The translations under genes were made by a program, and so were the position numbers. The notes under the pieces are model-generated. The model was given only the letters and a program-made list of their open reading frames with translations, made no database searches and was not told the DNA's origin. A stretch of DNA of 64,000 nt from Chiloscyllium plagiosum (Eukaryota): the NCBI RefSeq assembly GCF_004010195.1, contig NC_057760.1:4330522-4394521 (forward strand), read 5' to 3'. Numbering within the stretch: position 1 is the stretch's first letter; every line of letters starts with the position of its first letter. Positions 48,150 through 61,840 of the stretch are shown piece after piece.

Positions 48150-51100
48150 ATGATAAGAACCATAAGAAATAGGAGTGGAAGTAAGGCCATTCAGCCCATC
48201 GAGTCCACTCCGCCATTAAATCATGGCTGATGGGCATTTCAACACCACTTACCCCCACTCACACCGTATCCCTTAATTCCTTGCGAGATTAAGAATTTAT
48301 CAATCTCTGCCTTGAAGACATTTAACATCCTGGCCTCCACTGCAGTCCATGGCAATGAATTCCGCAGGCCCACACTCTGGCTAAAGAAGTGTCTCCTCAT
48401 TTCTGTTCTAAACTGAACCCGTCTAACTCTAAGGCTGTGCCCACGAGTCCTAGTCTCCCCACTTGATGGAAACAATTTTCCAGCGTCCACTGTTTCTAAG
48501 CCATGCATTATCTTGTAAGTTTCTATTATATCTCCCCTCAACCTTCTGAACTCTAACGAATACAATCCCAGGATCCTCAGCCATTCACCGTATGTTAGGC
48601 CTACCATTCCAGGGATTGTCTGCGTGAATCTCCGCTGGACATGCTCCAGTGCCAATATGTCCTTCCTGAGGTATGGGGCCCAAAACTGGAAACAGTATTC
48701 TAAATGGGGTCTAACCAGAGCTTTGTAAAGTCTCAGTAGTCCATCACTGCTTTTACATTCCTCTTGAAATAAATGACAACATTACATTTGCTTTCTTAAC
48801 CACAGACTCAATCTGCAAGTCAACCTTTAGAGAATCCTGTAGTAGTACTCCCAGATCCCTTTGTACTTTGTCTTTATGAATTTTCTCACTGTTTATAAAA
48901 TAGTCCATCCCTGTGTTCATTTTTCCAAAGTGCAAGACCTCACATTTGCTCACATTGAATTTCATGAGCCATTTCTTGGACTATTCTCCAAAACTGTCTA
49001 AATCTTTCTGTAAAACAGGTCAGGCAGCATCCAAGGAGCGGGAAAATCAACGTTTCGGGCAGGAGCCTTTCCTGATGCAGGGCTCCTGCTTGAAACGTTG
49101 ATTTTCCTGCTCCTCGGATGCTGCCTGTCCTGCTGCGCTTTTCCAGCACCACTTTAATCTTGACTCTGATCTCCAGCATCTGCAATCCTCACTTTCACCT
49201 AAATCTTTCTGTAGCCTCCCCACCTCCTCAGAACTACCAGCCTACCTACCTAACTTTGTATCATCGTGAACCTCGCAAGAATGCCCCCAGTCCCTTCATC
49301 CAGGTCATTTTATGTATAAAGTGAACCCTGTGGGGACACCACTTGTCACAGCTGCCATTCCAAAAAAGAACCTTTTATCACAACTCTCTGCCTTCTGTCA
49401 GACAGCCAATTCTCAATCCATGCCAGTAGCTCACGTCGAACACCAGGGGCCCTCACCTTATCAAAGGCCTTTTGGAAGCCTAGGTAGATAACATCCACTG
49501 GGTTTCCCTGGTCTAACCTACTTGTTACCTCTTCAAAGAATTCTAACAGATTTGTCAGGCATGACCTCCCCTTACTAAACCATGCTGACTTGTTCTAATC
49601 CAACTCTGCACTTCCAAGAATTTAGAAATCTCCTCCTTAAAGACGGATTCTAGAATTTTACCTACAACCGAGGTTAGGCGAATCGGCCTATAATTTTCCA
49701 CGTTTTGTCTTGATCCTTTCTTGAACAAGGGGGTTACAACAGCGATTTTCCAATCATCTGGGACTTGCCCTGACTCCAGTGATTTTTGAAAGATTACAAC
49801 CAATGCCTCCGCTATTTATTCAGCCACCTCCCTCAGAACTCTAGGATGTAGCCCATTTAGATCTTTTAGCTTATTGAGTACTTTTTCCTTTGTAATGGCC
49901 ACCATACTTACCTCTGCCCCTTTACTTTCCTTAATTGTTGGGATATTACTTATGTCTTCCACTGTGAAGACTGACACAAAGTACTTATTAAGTTCTTCAG
50001 CTATTTCCTTATCTCCCATCACTAGCCTTCCTGCATCAATTTTGAGCAACCCAATCTCTTCTTTTGCCGCTCATTTGTTTCTTATGTATTGAAAGAAACT
50101 TTTACTATCATTTCTAATATTACTGGCTAGCTTTCCTTATTTCTCTCTTTGTTATCCTCTGTTTTTGTAGCCTTCCCAATCTTCTGATTTCCCAGTGCAC
50201 TTGGCCACTTTATAGGCACTCTCTTTTTCTGTGATGCATTTCCTGAGTTTCTTCGTCAGCCATGGTTGTCTAATTCCTCCCCCTCCCCAGGATAATCGTT
50301 CTTTTCTTTGGGATGTACCTGTGTACTGTGTCCTCAATTACACTCAGAAATTCCTGTCATTGTTGCTCTACTGTCTTCCCCACTAGGCTCTGCTTCCAGT
50401 CGGTTTTCGTTAGTTCCTCTCTCATGCCCTGTAATTACCTTTATTTAACTGTCACACCATTACATTCGATTTTTGCCTTCTCTTTCAAACTGCAGACTGA
50501 ACTCTATCATATTATGATCGCTGCCTCCTAAGTGTTCCCTGACTTTAAGATCTTTTATAAAATTTCGCTCGTTACATAGCACTAAGTCTAGAATAGTCTG
50601 CTCCCTTGTGGGCTCCATCACAAGCTGTTCCAAAAAGCCATCCTGTAAGCATTCCATGAATTCCCTTTCTTTGGACCCATCGGCAATATAATTCACCTAG
50701 CCCATTTGCATATTGAAGTCCCCCATGATCACTGTGACCTTACCTTTCTGACATACCCTATCTATCTTCTGGTGCATCTTGCGCTCCTGGTCCTGACCAC
50801 TGGTGGGAGGTCTGTATGTAACTCCCATTATGGTTTTTTTGCCTTTGTGGTTTCTCAACTCCACCCACACAGGCTCCACACCATCTGATTTTAATTTCAT
50901 TATTAACTAACAAGGCAAGCCCATCCCCTCTGCCCATCTCCCTGTCTTTTTGATAAGTTGTAAATTCTTGGATGTTTAATTGCCAGTCCTGAACCCCCTG
51001 CAACCATGTCTCTGTCTTGCCTACTACATCATAATTATTTGTGCTGCTAATTCATCTACTTTGTTACGAATGCTTTGAGCATTCAGGTAAAGCACCTTAA

Positions 51101-52575
51101 TGCTAATTTTCTTATCTTCATGATTTTCATTACCTCTACCTAAGTTATCCTTCCTTTTTGCTTCATTCCGAGTCTACCTTGAACTTAAATCCTGCACGCA
51201 TGCTAACCTGCTGCTTATCTTTCTACTTGACTCCATACTCCCTGTTGCTGTCCCTTTCCCTCCAGCCCCACCTCCCCCCGCAACTCACAAGTTTAAAGTC
51301 CTAGTGACCACCCTATTTATCCATCCTATGGTTCCAGATAAGTTCAGGTGGAGACCGTCACATCGGTACAGATCACCCCGGTTCCAAGACTGATGCCAAT
51401 GTCCCATGAAATGGAATCCCTCTTTCCCACACCAAGCTCTTAGCCACATGTTTACTTCCCTAATTTTCTTATCCCTATGCCACTTAGCACGTGGCTCGGG
51501 CAGTAATCCAGAGATTATGACCCTCCAGGACCTGTTTTTCCATTTCCTTCCTAGTGCTTGATAATCCCCAAACAGGTCCTCCTTCCTAGCCTTGCTTATG
51601 TTGTTTGTGCCAACGTGGACCACAACAACTGGATCCTCACCCTCCTGCTCTGATATCCTTTCAAGCCGTTCGGTGATGCCCTGCACGCTGGTGCTGGGCA
51701 GGCAACGCACCATGTGGGACACCCGATCTGGCTCACGAAGGATACTATTTGTCCCCCTAATTATAAAATCCCCTATAACAACTTGTCTTTTTGCTCCCCC
51801 CCTCTTGAATGGCCTTCTGCACCATGATGCTGTGGTCAGCTGGCTCATCCTGTCCACAGCCCTTTCCCTCATCCTTACAGGGAGCAAAAATCTCATACCT
51901 GTTGGACAAGGTCAAGAGCTGAGGATCCTGCACCCCTGAACTCAGAATCCCCCACTTGCCTCACTTACCGTCACACCCTGTTGGTCATGATCACTGACTG
52001 ACTGAATTTGAATTACTTGATCTGCCGGGTGTGACTGCCTCCTGAAACAAAGCGTCCAGGTACCTCTCCCCCTCCTGGATGTGCTGCAATGTTTGAAGCT
52101 CAGATTCCAGATCATTAATTCTGATCTGGAGTTCTTCCAGCAACCAACACTTGCTGCAGATGTGGTCACTGCAGTTCACAATGGGATCAGCCAGCTCCAG
52201 CTATCTCTACTTCTTTAAGTAATTTATACAAGTTTGAGTTAAACAATTGTTAGTACTTCTCTATGGTCTTATTCAACTAACCAACTAATAGTAAACTCTT
52301 AATCAATCTCACAAAACACAAGAAGTATCAATTGAAACTCGTTACCTTTGCAACACATGAGAGTTTTTTTTGGTTAGAGGAGGAGGGCGGGTAGGAGACA
52401 CTACACGTGTAGTGTTTCAGGATTCGGCAGCTCCTCCCACTCCAACTGCCACCAAGAAGATGAAGACTGAAAACTCCCGAGGTAAGTTTATATATTTTAA
52501 AAATTACCTTGCCGTCGTGCCACTGGTCCTTGTAGTTGCTCCTCCTACTCCAACTCCCGCTGAGAAAATGAGAAG
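48150..52575 (-). mobile_element. Near full-length nested CR1 LINE with ORF1 esterase (51285-51896) and zinc finger (about 51991-52179)
   Basis: HICSKC, VIGDFIIRG, VHVGTNN and DGLHLN (SGNH); ORF2 fragments; short-repeat 3' tail near 48150. Confidence 0.9.
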
Positions 52576-53836
52576 AGGAACAACATCTGGTCCCTCCACT
52601 CCTCCGGTACGACCTCCATGAAGATTGAGGAAGCAAAGATCTTCGCCAGTGGCTTAGCAACCTTCTTTCTCACTTCCCGGAGCAACCTCTGATAAATCTG
52701 GTCTGGCCCTGGGGACTTATTAATCTTAATGTTTGCCGAAATTTCCAGCACATCAACGTTCTCAATCTCGATCTGTTCAAGCCTGTTTCCCAGCTCCTCA
52801 AAGTTCTCATTCACAACAACGTCCATCTCCTTAGTGAAAACCGAAGCAAAAAACTCATTTAGGGCTTCCCCTATCTGCTCAGACTCCATGCACAAGATCC
52901 CTATGCTATCCCTGATTGGTCTTATCTTCTCCCTGATCATTCTCCTATTCTTCGTATATAAGTAAGATGCCTTTGGGTTTTTCCTAATCCTTCTTGCCAA
53001 GCCTTTTTCGTGTCCCCTCCTGGCACTCCTCAGTCCATTTTTGAGCTCCTTTCTAGCAAGCCTGTAATCTTCTAAAACTGTGCTAGATCCTTGCTCTCTC
53101 TAACTTATGTAAGCTGCCTTCCTTCTTTTGATGAGAAGCTCCTCTATTCTTGTCATCCAAGGCTCCCTAATCTTACCCCTTCTTACCTGTCTCAGAGGAG
53201 CAAATTTGTGCATCACTCGCAACAATTGCTCCTTAAACAGTCTCCACATGTCTGCTGTGCCCTTTCTGTGGAACAAATGCTCCCAATCTGTACTTCCCAT
53301 CTCCTATCTGATAACGTCATAATTTCCTTTTCCCCAATTAAATATCTTCCCTCAGTAACTGCTCCTTTCCCTCTCCAAGGCTTTGGTAAATGTGAGCTGA
53401 AAATGTGTTGCTGGAAAAGCGCAGCAGGTCGGGCAGCATCCAAGGAACAGGAGAATCGACGTTTCGAGCATAAGCCCTTCTTCAGAAATATTTAATATCG
53501 AGTTCAACTATTCCACGAACCAGGTCTCAGTTATAGACACAATATACTACCACGTGGAAATCAGCACTTGCAACTCACCAACCATATCAACCACATTCCA
53601 TGCATTCACATACATACAGTGTAAACCTGAACTGAAGAAGGGCTTATGCCCGAAACTTCGATTCTCCTGTTCCTTGGATGCTGCCTGACCTGCTGCGCTT
53701 TTCCAGCATCACATTTTCAGCTCTGATCTCCAGCATCTGCAGCCCTCACTTTCTCCTCTATGGTAAATGTGAGGCAATTGTAGTCACTGTCACCAAAGTG
53801 TTCTCCCACCGTGAGATCTGACACCTATTCTGCCTT

Positions 53837-54163
53837 ATTAGATTAGATTAGATTAGATTAGATTAGATTACTTTACAGTGTGGAAACAGGCCCTTCGGTC
53901 CAACAAGTTTCACACCGACCCGCCGAAGCGTAACCCACCCATACCCCTACATTTACCCCTTACCTAACACTACGGGCAATTTAGCATGGCCAATTCACCT
54001 GACCTGCACATCTTTGGACTGTGGGAGGAAACCGGAGCACCCGGAGGAAACCCACGCAGACACGGGGAGAACGTGCAAACTCCACACAGTCAGTCGCCTG
54101 AGACGGGAATTGAACCCGGGTCTCTGGCGCTGCGAGGCAGCAGTGCTAACCACTGTGCCACCC
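53837..54163 (-). mobile_element. Young HE1-like SINE with an (attag)n tail
   Basis: Intact CpGs, tRNA-like head at about 54105-54163, pentamer tail at 53837-53870. Confidence 0.9.
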
Positions 54164-55559
54164 ACAATATTGACTGGAACCTCCTTAGTGCAGATAGTTT
54201 GGATGGAGCTGTTTTTGTCAGGTGTTATTGCCGAACACCAAATCCAAAGTGGCCTTTCCCTTTGTCGGCCTGTCTACATATTGAGTAAGGAAACCCTCCT
54301 GAACACACCTGACAAAAACAACTCCATCCAAACTATCTGCACTAAGGAGGTTCCAGTCAATATTGGGAAAGTTGAAGTCACCCATAACAACAACCCTGCT
54401 ACATCTGCATTTTTCCAAAATCCGCCGGCCTATGAGATCTTCAATCTCTCTACTGCTATTAGGGGGCCTGTAGAAAACCCCCAATGAGGTGACTGCTCAC
54501 TTGCTGTTCCTAACTTCCATCCATACTGACTCAGTAGACAAACCTTCCTTGACAACCTTCATTTCTGTAGCTGTGACGCAGTCTCTCTGCTCTCTCCACG
54601 CTCTCTCCACATGTTCTAAACCCTGGAACAACTAGCAACCATTCTGCCCCTGTGAAATTCACGTCTCTTATGGCCACAGCATCATAGTCCCAAGTACTGA
54701 TCCATGCTCTGAGTTCAACACTCTTATTTCTGACACTCCTTGCGTTAAAGCAGACACACTTTAGGTCAGGAGCTGAGCGGCCTAGAAGGAACCTAAATTG
54801 GGCGTCACTGAGCAGATTATTGCTGAACAGGTGCTGCTTGATAACGCTATTGATGACATCTTCCATCTCTTATGATTGAGAGTAAAACTGGAGCAATGAC
54901 TAGCTGGGTTGAATTTGACCTGATTTTTGTGTACACGACACACCTGAGCAAATTTCCATATTATCTGGTAGATGTCAGTGTTGGGGCAGTATTGGAGCAG
55001 CTTTGGGAGCAGTGATTTTGCAGGTTCTGGAACGTACATCTTCACCATTATTTCCAGAATATTGTCCGGGCTCATAGACTTTGCAATATCCAGAGCCTCC
55101 AACTGTTCCTCAATGTCATCTGAATTGAATTGGCTGAACACTGGCATCTGTGATGCTGGAGACCTCTGGAGGAGGCTGAAGATGGGTGTAAAGTTTTCAC
55201 CCTTGTCTTTTGTACTGATGTGGCAGACTATCCTGTTATATATTGTCAGGGTCTGAAGGAGAGAAAGTTAACTTTCAATCTACAATCGCAAAAAGTTGTT
55301 TATACTTTATAGTTTATTTTCGTAGAGAAGTGGTACAGAATCAAGGACTTCAGATTCTTGCTCTCAGGATGGACTTGTCCAGGGCATATGGGCTGCATCT
55401 AAGTAGAGCCCAGACTGCGTTCCTTTCGTGATGTTTTGCTTGTGTTGTTGTGGAAAATTTATACTACTTTTGGCAGGTGTGTGGAAATCCGAGATAACAT
55501 CAGAGAACCAGCAAGCTGCACAAAATGCAAGCGAGCTCGATCAGACAAAGATTAAGAAT

Positions 55560-56515
55560 TTAAAGTTAATGGGTGGAGTCAGTGAAAGTGATTAAAATCT
55601 AAGTTCGGGTTTGCACTGTATGTATGTGAATGCATGGAATGTGGTAGATATGGTTGGTGAGTTGCAAGTGCTGATTTCCACGTGGAAGTATATTGTGTCT
55701 ATAACTGAGACCTGGTTCGTGGAATAGTTGAACTAGGTATTAAATATTTCTGAACGCACAATGTTCTGTTCAGGAAATATGGAGATAAAATGGGAAAATG
55801 AATGAAGATATTGAATCAGTCGGGCACTTCTGTGGTGAAGGTAAACATTATCTGAGCTTGAGACAGAATTGATTTGACTAAAACTAAGGAACAAAAAAGT
55901 TGCAGTTGCTTTACTTGGTGTTGTCTATAGGCCACCCACTAGTGGAACCAGACAGAAAAACAAACTTTTCAGGAAATTATTGAAGAAGTGCAAGAACTAT
56001 TGATCAGTTACAGAGGCCAGTTTTAATTCTGAGTATAGATTGGAATATGGAGTAGTGTAAGAATGAAATGAACAAGGTTCCTAGAATGTGTTCAGGAGAA
56101 TTCTCTAAAGAAATATGTTTCCAGTCCAAAGCTAGACCTGGATCTTTGGATCAAAATGGGCCAAATAAATGTCCCTCTGAATGTCAGTGGGAGAACTTTT
56201 GGGAGCAGTGTTGATTGTGATTAAATCTACAGTGACTATAAAAAAGGATATTGAGCAGTCTTGAGTGACAATTATAAACTGAGAGAATGCCAACTCCAAT
56301 TGGGTACATATGGATCTGGGAAAAATGCATTTCAGCTAAAGGTTTGTGGGAAAAATAACAGCTGAACAGTGAGCTCCCTCCAAAGATATTCCCTCAAAGG
56401 TAGGCAAATAGGTAATGAGCTCCTGGATGACAAAAGACCTGCACTTTTAGAGAGAATTTTAAAAAGATGATCATGACTGATATAGAAAATGCAGTAGAGC
56501 ACCAGGCTGAATATT
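55560..56515 (+). mobile_element. Old, highly degenerate CR1 endonuclease-region fragment
   Basis: Remnants of LHCMYVNA, ITETW, GVVYRPPTSG and FLECVQENS. Confidence 0.7.
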
Positions 56516-57708
56516 GAAGGTTCAGCTCATGGGGCTTTGCCAGTCAGTGGATGTGTGGGCGAGTCATGTTTGTGAGAACAGGAAACCAGCAAAGTGCAGG
56601 CTTTACACGTTTCCCTCATTGCTCTGCTCTGGTACTTGGAGATCGCAACACTCTGCAGTTCACCCAATCAGAAGGTCATTGGCGTGCAGAATGCTACAAA
56701 TCTTCTCAAAACTCGCTAACTGAGCGTCTTGATATAAAATAAAACCAAAATACTGCAGATGTTGGAGATCTGAAATTAAAACATTAAGCAATGGCGAAAC
56801 CCAGCAGCATATGTAGAGAAAGGAACAGAGTTGATATTTCAAGTTCAATGTTTGTCTATGGTCATTGTTGTTCAAAGCCAATTCAATTTTGCTGGAATTT
56901 ACATATGAAGGTCCTTGCAGTCCCCTGTTTTTCTCAGAATCTTTGAATTTGTAAACTTTTAAGAGCACCCATTATGTTGTCCCAACAATTAGTTGAATTC
57001 AAAATGGTTCCTTTATGATTTCTTTATGTAGCGATAACACATACACCTCTATGTTTTGTAGCCAACTGGACTTAACCTCACTGGCGTTTAGAAGAATTGG
57101 AGAGAGTCCCATTCCAGATTTCTGGTTGGACCAAGTGGATTCAGGATTGAGGGGTTTTTCCTGGTTGAGGAGGGGGGATGTAGGGCTACAATATGGAATT
57201 ATACTTTCAGGAAACAGGGTTCTTTGGGACTGGTATGGGGAGAAATGCATTCACTGAGGCTGGTGTACCCGTGGAATTCTCCACCACAAGGCTGTGGAAG
57301 TGAAGTCACTGAATATATTTAGGAAATAAACTAGATTTCTGGAGGGTGAAGGCATCAAAGGAAATATTGGCCTTTGGTATTGAGAGGATCAACCACAACC
57401 ACAACCATAACCAATGGTACAAGTGCTATGAGCCAAATGGTCTATACCTATGTCTCTATGAAGCGAATCAATTGGGATAGCCAGTGGACTACTGGAAGAC
57501 ATATAATTTTCATGGTTCTGCACCCATTTTAAGAAAGGTTAGCCTTCTATATGAAAATATCTGATAATGACAAGTTGCAAGAGTGCAGTTAACCACTGCA
57601 ATCCCAGGCCTGTGTCAGAGTGTATCTGATACAGAGAATGTGTGTGTGAGAGAGAGCGAGAGATGGATATTGTGACTGACTTTTTCTGGTTTCCTTGAAT
57701 ATCTTTAG

Positions 57709-57762
57709 GTTCAGTTCCTCAAGACAGACTCTCACTTGGATTCCAGATTCCTTTTTTTCAAG
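57709..57762 (+). CDS. SHKBP1: SHKBP1 exon 2 (RFSSSRQTLTWIPDSFFS), BTB domain
   Basis: ctttag|G ... AG|gtaaga; 54 bp, phase 2/2. Confidence 0.95.
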
Positions 57763-58008
57763 GTAAGATACTCTCACTGGTTAAGTTTCCAGTTTTCCAG
57801 AGAAACCACATTCCCAAGGCAGGGCTTTCTGATTGGGGATTTATTTCCACTTATTTCCATGCTTTGCCCTATCCAGATTTCCTGAAACAAATCTCACCCA
57901 GGATGCTTTGTGAATTAGCTTTGCTGTGAATGAGGAGTGGACACTGGGTGCGGGGCATATCAAACCTGACTCTGTGTTATTGATCTGATACTGTTTGTTC
58001 TGTTTCAG

Positions 58009-58054
58009 TTTGTTGAGTGGAAGAATTTCGACGTTAAAGGATGAAACTGGAGCA
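58009..58054 (+). CDS. SHKBP1: SHKBP1 exon 3 (SLLSGRISTLKDETGA)
   Basis: tttcag|T ... GCA|gtgagt; 46 bp, phase 2/0. Confidence 0.95.
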
Positions 58055-58210
58055 GTGAGTAAAATCCACAGCCCATTTCAATAAGAAATCAAAGCTTGAT
58101 TCAGTAGATATTAATTCTGAATCCAGAATTGAATGCTGACCCAGAATAGGCTGACTCTCTGCCCAGCACTCACCAGTATCTCTCTCTCTCTCTCCCTCTG
58201 TTTATTTTAG

Positions 58211-58284
58211 ATCTTTATTGATCGAGATCCTACTGTCTTCACATATATTTTGAATTTTCTCCGCACAAAAGAGTTGGATGCCAG
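58211..58284 (+). CDS. SHKBP1: SHKBP1 exon 4 ([25 protein letters not shown])
   Basis: ttttag|ATC ... AG|gtacat; 74 bp, phase 0/2; KCTD-type FIDRDP..F..ILNFLR motif. Confidence 0.96.
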
Positions 58285-59238
58285 GTACATCGACAGCGCA
58301 TGCCAAAGGAACTGTTTGCAGGAAGAGCACCTTGTTCATTCACCTTGATCATTTTCAGGAGTGTTTGGCAATGACACAGTGATAGAGTGTACCTGTCTGC
58401 TTTACAGAAACAACTAACTAACTGCCTCTTGAAATAATAATTCTGAGAGAAACTTTAAAATTTCACTCCAAGCCATTATTGGTTCTTAGTCTGCCCAAGA
58501 GATTGGGAAAAGCATGAAGCTGCCTCTTAGTGCCAGGGACCAAGATTGCAGCCTTGGACAAATGTCTGTGTGGAGGTTGCATGTTCTCGTGTGTCTCTTT
58601 CGGGTTTCGTCCCATAGTCCAAAGAAGTGCAGGTTTGGTGCATTGGCCATGATTAATGTGGGGTTATGGGTAAAGGATAGGCACTGGGTCTGGTTGTGAT
58701 GCTCTCTGGAGGGTCGGTGCCGACTAAATGGCCAAAAGGCCTCTGTGCACTGTAGGTATTCTACGATTCTATGATATTGGTGCTATTGTACGCTTGACCC
58801 CAGGACCAGCTGGCCTTAGACATAACTAGAGGGAGGTGGCTGGTCAGCTCATTAACCTTGTCTTGATGAGCCACTAAATTGACTGACTAGGCCCAAAGCA
58901 GAGAAAAGCAAAACCCTTCAGCCCCTGTCTGTCTGCTCAGGGAGTGGATTGTGCACCTAGTTCAGAGAACGCTTTCCTTTGTATCTAACCTGGGCTGTAC
59001 CTGTCCTGGGAGGAATGAGGGAAGAAGGAAAGCATGTTCTCCCTTCCTGAAGTGACTGGCATCACCTCAGTAACGTCCCTGCCCTCTATCGGCCTCTAGT
59101 ATTGTGGAGTTGAGGAAGTGATCATTGTCAAGAGAGGAAAAGCTGTTATTTGGCACTGATGGCGATTTATTTAATATTAAATCACTTCAATAGCTGTGTG
59201 GAATTCTCTGGGATTTAATTGATTTTTGGTTTTCTCAG

Positions 59239-59297
59239 GGATGTGAACATTGCAACACTCCGGCATGAGGCAGAATTTTATGGAATTGCTCCACTGG
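59239..59297 (+). CDS. SHKBP1: SHKBP1 exon 5 (DVNIATLRHEAEFYGIAPL)
   Basis: tctcag|G ... G|gtgagt; 59 bp, phase 2/1; EA.FYG BTB motif. Confidence 0.95.
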
Positions 59298-59341
59298 GTG
59301 AGTGAGGTGGGGGGGGGAGGGGAGAGAGTCTGTGCAGTGGG

Positions 59342-59734
59342 NNNNNNNNNNNNNNNNNNNNNNNNNNNNNNNNNNNNNNNNNNNNNNNNNNNNNNNNNNN
59401 NNNNNNNNNNNNNNNNNNNNNNNNNNNNNNNNNNNNNNNNNNNNNNNNNNNNNNNNNNNNNNNNNNNNNNNNNNNNNNNNNNNNNNNNNNNNNNNNNNNN
59501 NNNNNNNNNNNNNNNNNNNNNNNNNNNNNNNNNNNNNNNNNNNNNNNNNNNNNNNNNNNNNNNNNNNNNNNNNNNNNNNNNNNNNNNNNNNNNNNNNNNN
59601 NNNNNNNNNNNNNNNNNNNNNNNNNNNNNNNNNNNNNNNNNNNNNNNNNNNNNNNNNNNNNNNNNNNNNNNNNNNNNNNNNNNNNNNNNNNNNNNNNNNN
59701 NNNNNNNNNNNNNNNNNNNNNNNNNNNNNNNNNN
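59342..59734. other. Assembly gap (N run) in SHKBP1 intron 5
   Basis: Ns flanked by G-rich low-complexity sequence. Confidence 0.99.
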
Positions 59735-60169
59735 GTCTGTGCAAGGGGAGTGGGGGGAAGGATTGTGGAACGGGAGTGAGGTGGAGAGGGAGGGGCTGTG
59801 CAGTGGAGGGTGGGGGTTGAGGGAGGCAGGGAGAGGAGCAGTGCGGTTGGGGTGATAACTGGCATGCTTTCCTTCACGTGTCGTCCAGAATCTCCAAACC
59901 GATTCAGCCATCTCCTTCATTCTGACATGTTCCTAAATGTCATCACCACCTCTTCAAGGCCCCTTTCCAATAGCCTTAATCCACTGTGTCCTCACCCAGC
60001 TCCTTGATGTCCCATCCAGTGATTGCCGTGTCACTCTGCATTCCAGTGCAGCTTGCCCACATCCAGCATGTGCACAGCAAGATCTCACAAACAGTACTAC
60101 CATAAGGATCTAATTAATTGTTTATTTTTATGATTAGGTTGAGGATAAGTATTGGCTAGCCCTCTGAAG

Positions 60170-61452
60170 AGGAGCAGAGTTCTCCCCAAGGGGGGACGGT
60201 TTAAATTAGAGTGGTAGTGGTCTGGGAACCAGATCAAGTGGAGGGATTGTGGAGAAGGTAAATATTTAGTACCAGTAAATCATGAGGGAAGGACAGGCAG
60301 AGACAGGTAAATGAACACAGTTTTACAAATGGGCTGAAATGTATTTATTTCAATGCAAGGAGCATTACAAGTAAGGCAGATGAGCTTAGAGCCTGGATCA
60401 GTATGTGGGATTATGTTGTGACCATTAGAAATTTGAGAAGGGGACAGAACAGGTTGCCTAACATTCCAGGGTTTTGTTGTTTTAGATGAGACAGAGAGGA
60501 AGGTAGAAGAAGTGGTGAAATTGCATTACTAATCAAGGAAAATGTTAGATCTGGAGGTCTCATCCATGGAGACAAAAATAAGACTGGTGCAATCAATCTG
60601 ACAGGATTATACTATAGCCTCCCCAACAGAGACTGAGAAACAAATATGTTGGCAGATTATTGAATGATACAATAAAAGCAACTGTCATAGTGGGTGACTT
60701 TAACTTTCCCAATATTGACTGGGACTCCCTTAAAGCAAGAGGCTCAGATGGAGCAGAACTTAAGTGTATCCAAGAGGGTTTCTAACTAATGAGCCTGTGA
60801 GGAGACTGACCTTTCAGTGGGGAGAGCATTTTGTGATCGCAACTCCTTAAGTTTTAAGCTAGCTAAGTCAGAACTTTGTGGCAAGGTACAAAATTGGGGG
60901 AGGGCAAATTACATCAGTATTAGGCAGAAATTAGGGAGGGTTAATTGGGAGGAGCTGTTATAAGACAAATGAAGTTGTTTAAAGACTCACTGAGCCGAAA
61001 ATGTGTTGCTGGAAAAGCGCAGCAGGTCAGGCAGCATCCAAGGAGCAGGAGAATCGACGTTTCGGGCATGAGCCCTTCTTCAGGAATGAGGAAAGTCTGT
61101 CCAGCAGGCTAAGATAAAAGGTAGGGAGGAGGGAAGCTATTGGAGAGAATTTTTAAGGATAGGATTTATGTGTATTTGGAAAAGAATGGCCTATTAAGGA
61201 AAATCAGCATGGCTTTGTGCAGGGCAAATCATGTCTGACCAACTTGATTGTCACCTCAATATTCAAAGGTGATCGGTGAGGGCAGATATGATTGGGGCTT
61301 TCATGGGGCTTTTAGATAAACACATGAATATACAAGGAATGAAGGGATATAGACCAAGAGCAGGCAGAACGGATTAGTTTAATTTAGCATCATATTCAGC
61401 ACAACATTGTGGGCCAAAGGGCCTGTTCCTGTGCAGTACTGTTTTATGTTCC
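60170..61452 (+). mobile_element. Degenerate CR1 fragments with a family A Penelope-like piece (about 60990-61135)
   Basis: YFNARSITSKADELRAWIS, VGDFNFPNIDW and QHGFVQGKSCLTNLI remnants. Confidence 0.8.
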
Positions 61453-61759
61453 ACTTTTCCAGCACTATGCTCTCGACTCGGAGTTCCAGCATCTGAATCC
61501 TCGCTTTGTCCTAGCTAATGTACACACACCGTAAGATGACGCCTCTAGCAATGCTGTACTCTATCAGAGCCTTGGATAGAAGGGTAGCAAAGAGGCTGTG
61601 TTCTGCATCATGCTCACTGTCCCTGCAATGATTCCCACCACATTCTTCCCCCCCCCCCTTCCTCTTCCAAAGGTTGGGCCCGTGGTGGAGCTATCCCGTT
61701 CCAAACTGGGCCCCTTATTGAAGTTTCACATTTTCATGTCTTATTTCCTTTCTTCCCAG

Positions 61760-61840
61760 TTCGCCGACTGGAACTATGCGAGGATTTAGAACGCTCTTCG
61801 TGTGGGAACGTCTTGTTCCATGGATACCTACCTCCGCCAG
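61760..61840 (+). CDS. SHKBP1: SHKBP1 exon 6 ([27 protein letters not shown])
   Basis: ttcccag|TT ... G|gtccgt; 81 bp, phase 1/1. Confidence 0.95.

Larger units (their letters stand above)
46777..54765 (-). mobile_element. CR1 LINE ORF2 (host copy, 46777-48147 plus about 52577-54765) split by younger insertions
   Basis: RT motifs on the left continue into KSPGPD and endonuclease motifs (VVVMGDFNFPNIDW, CVCFNARSVRNK) on the right. Confidence 0.85.

Noticed and set aside
54105..54163. tRNA gene
   Set aside because: It is the tRNA-derived head of a SINE, continuous with the SINE body and tail.
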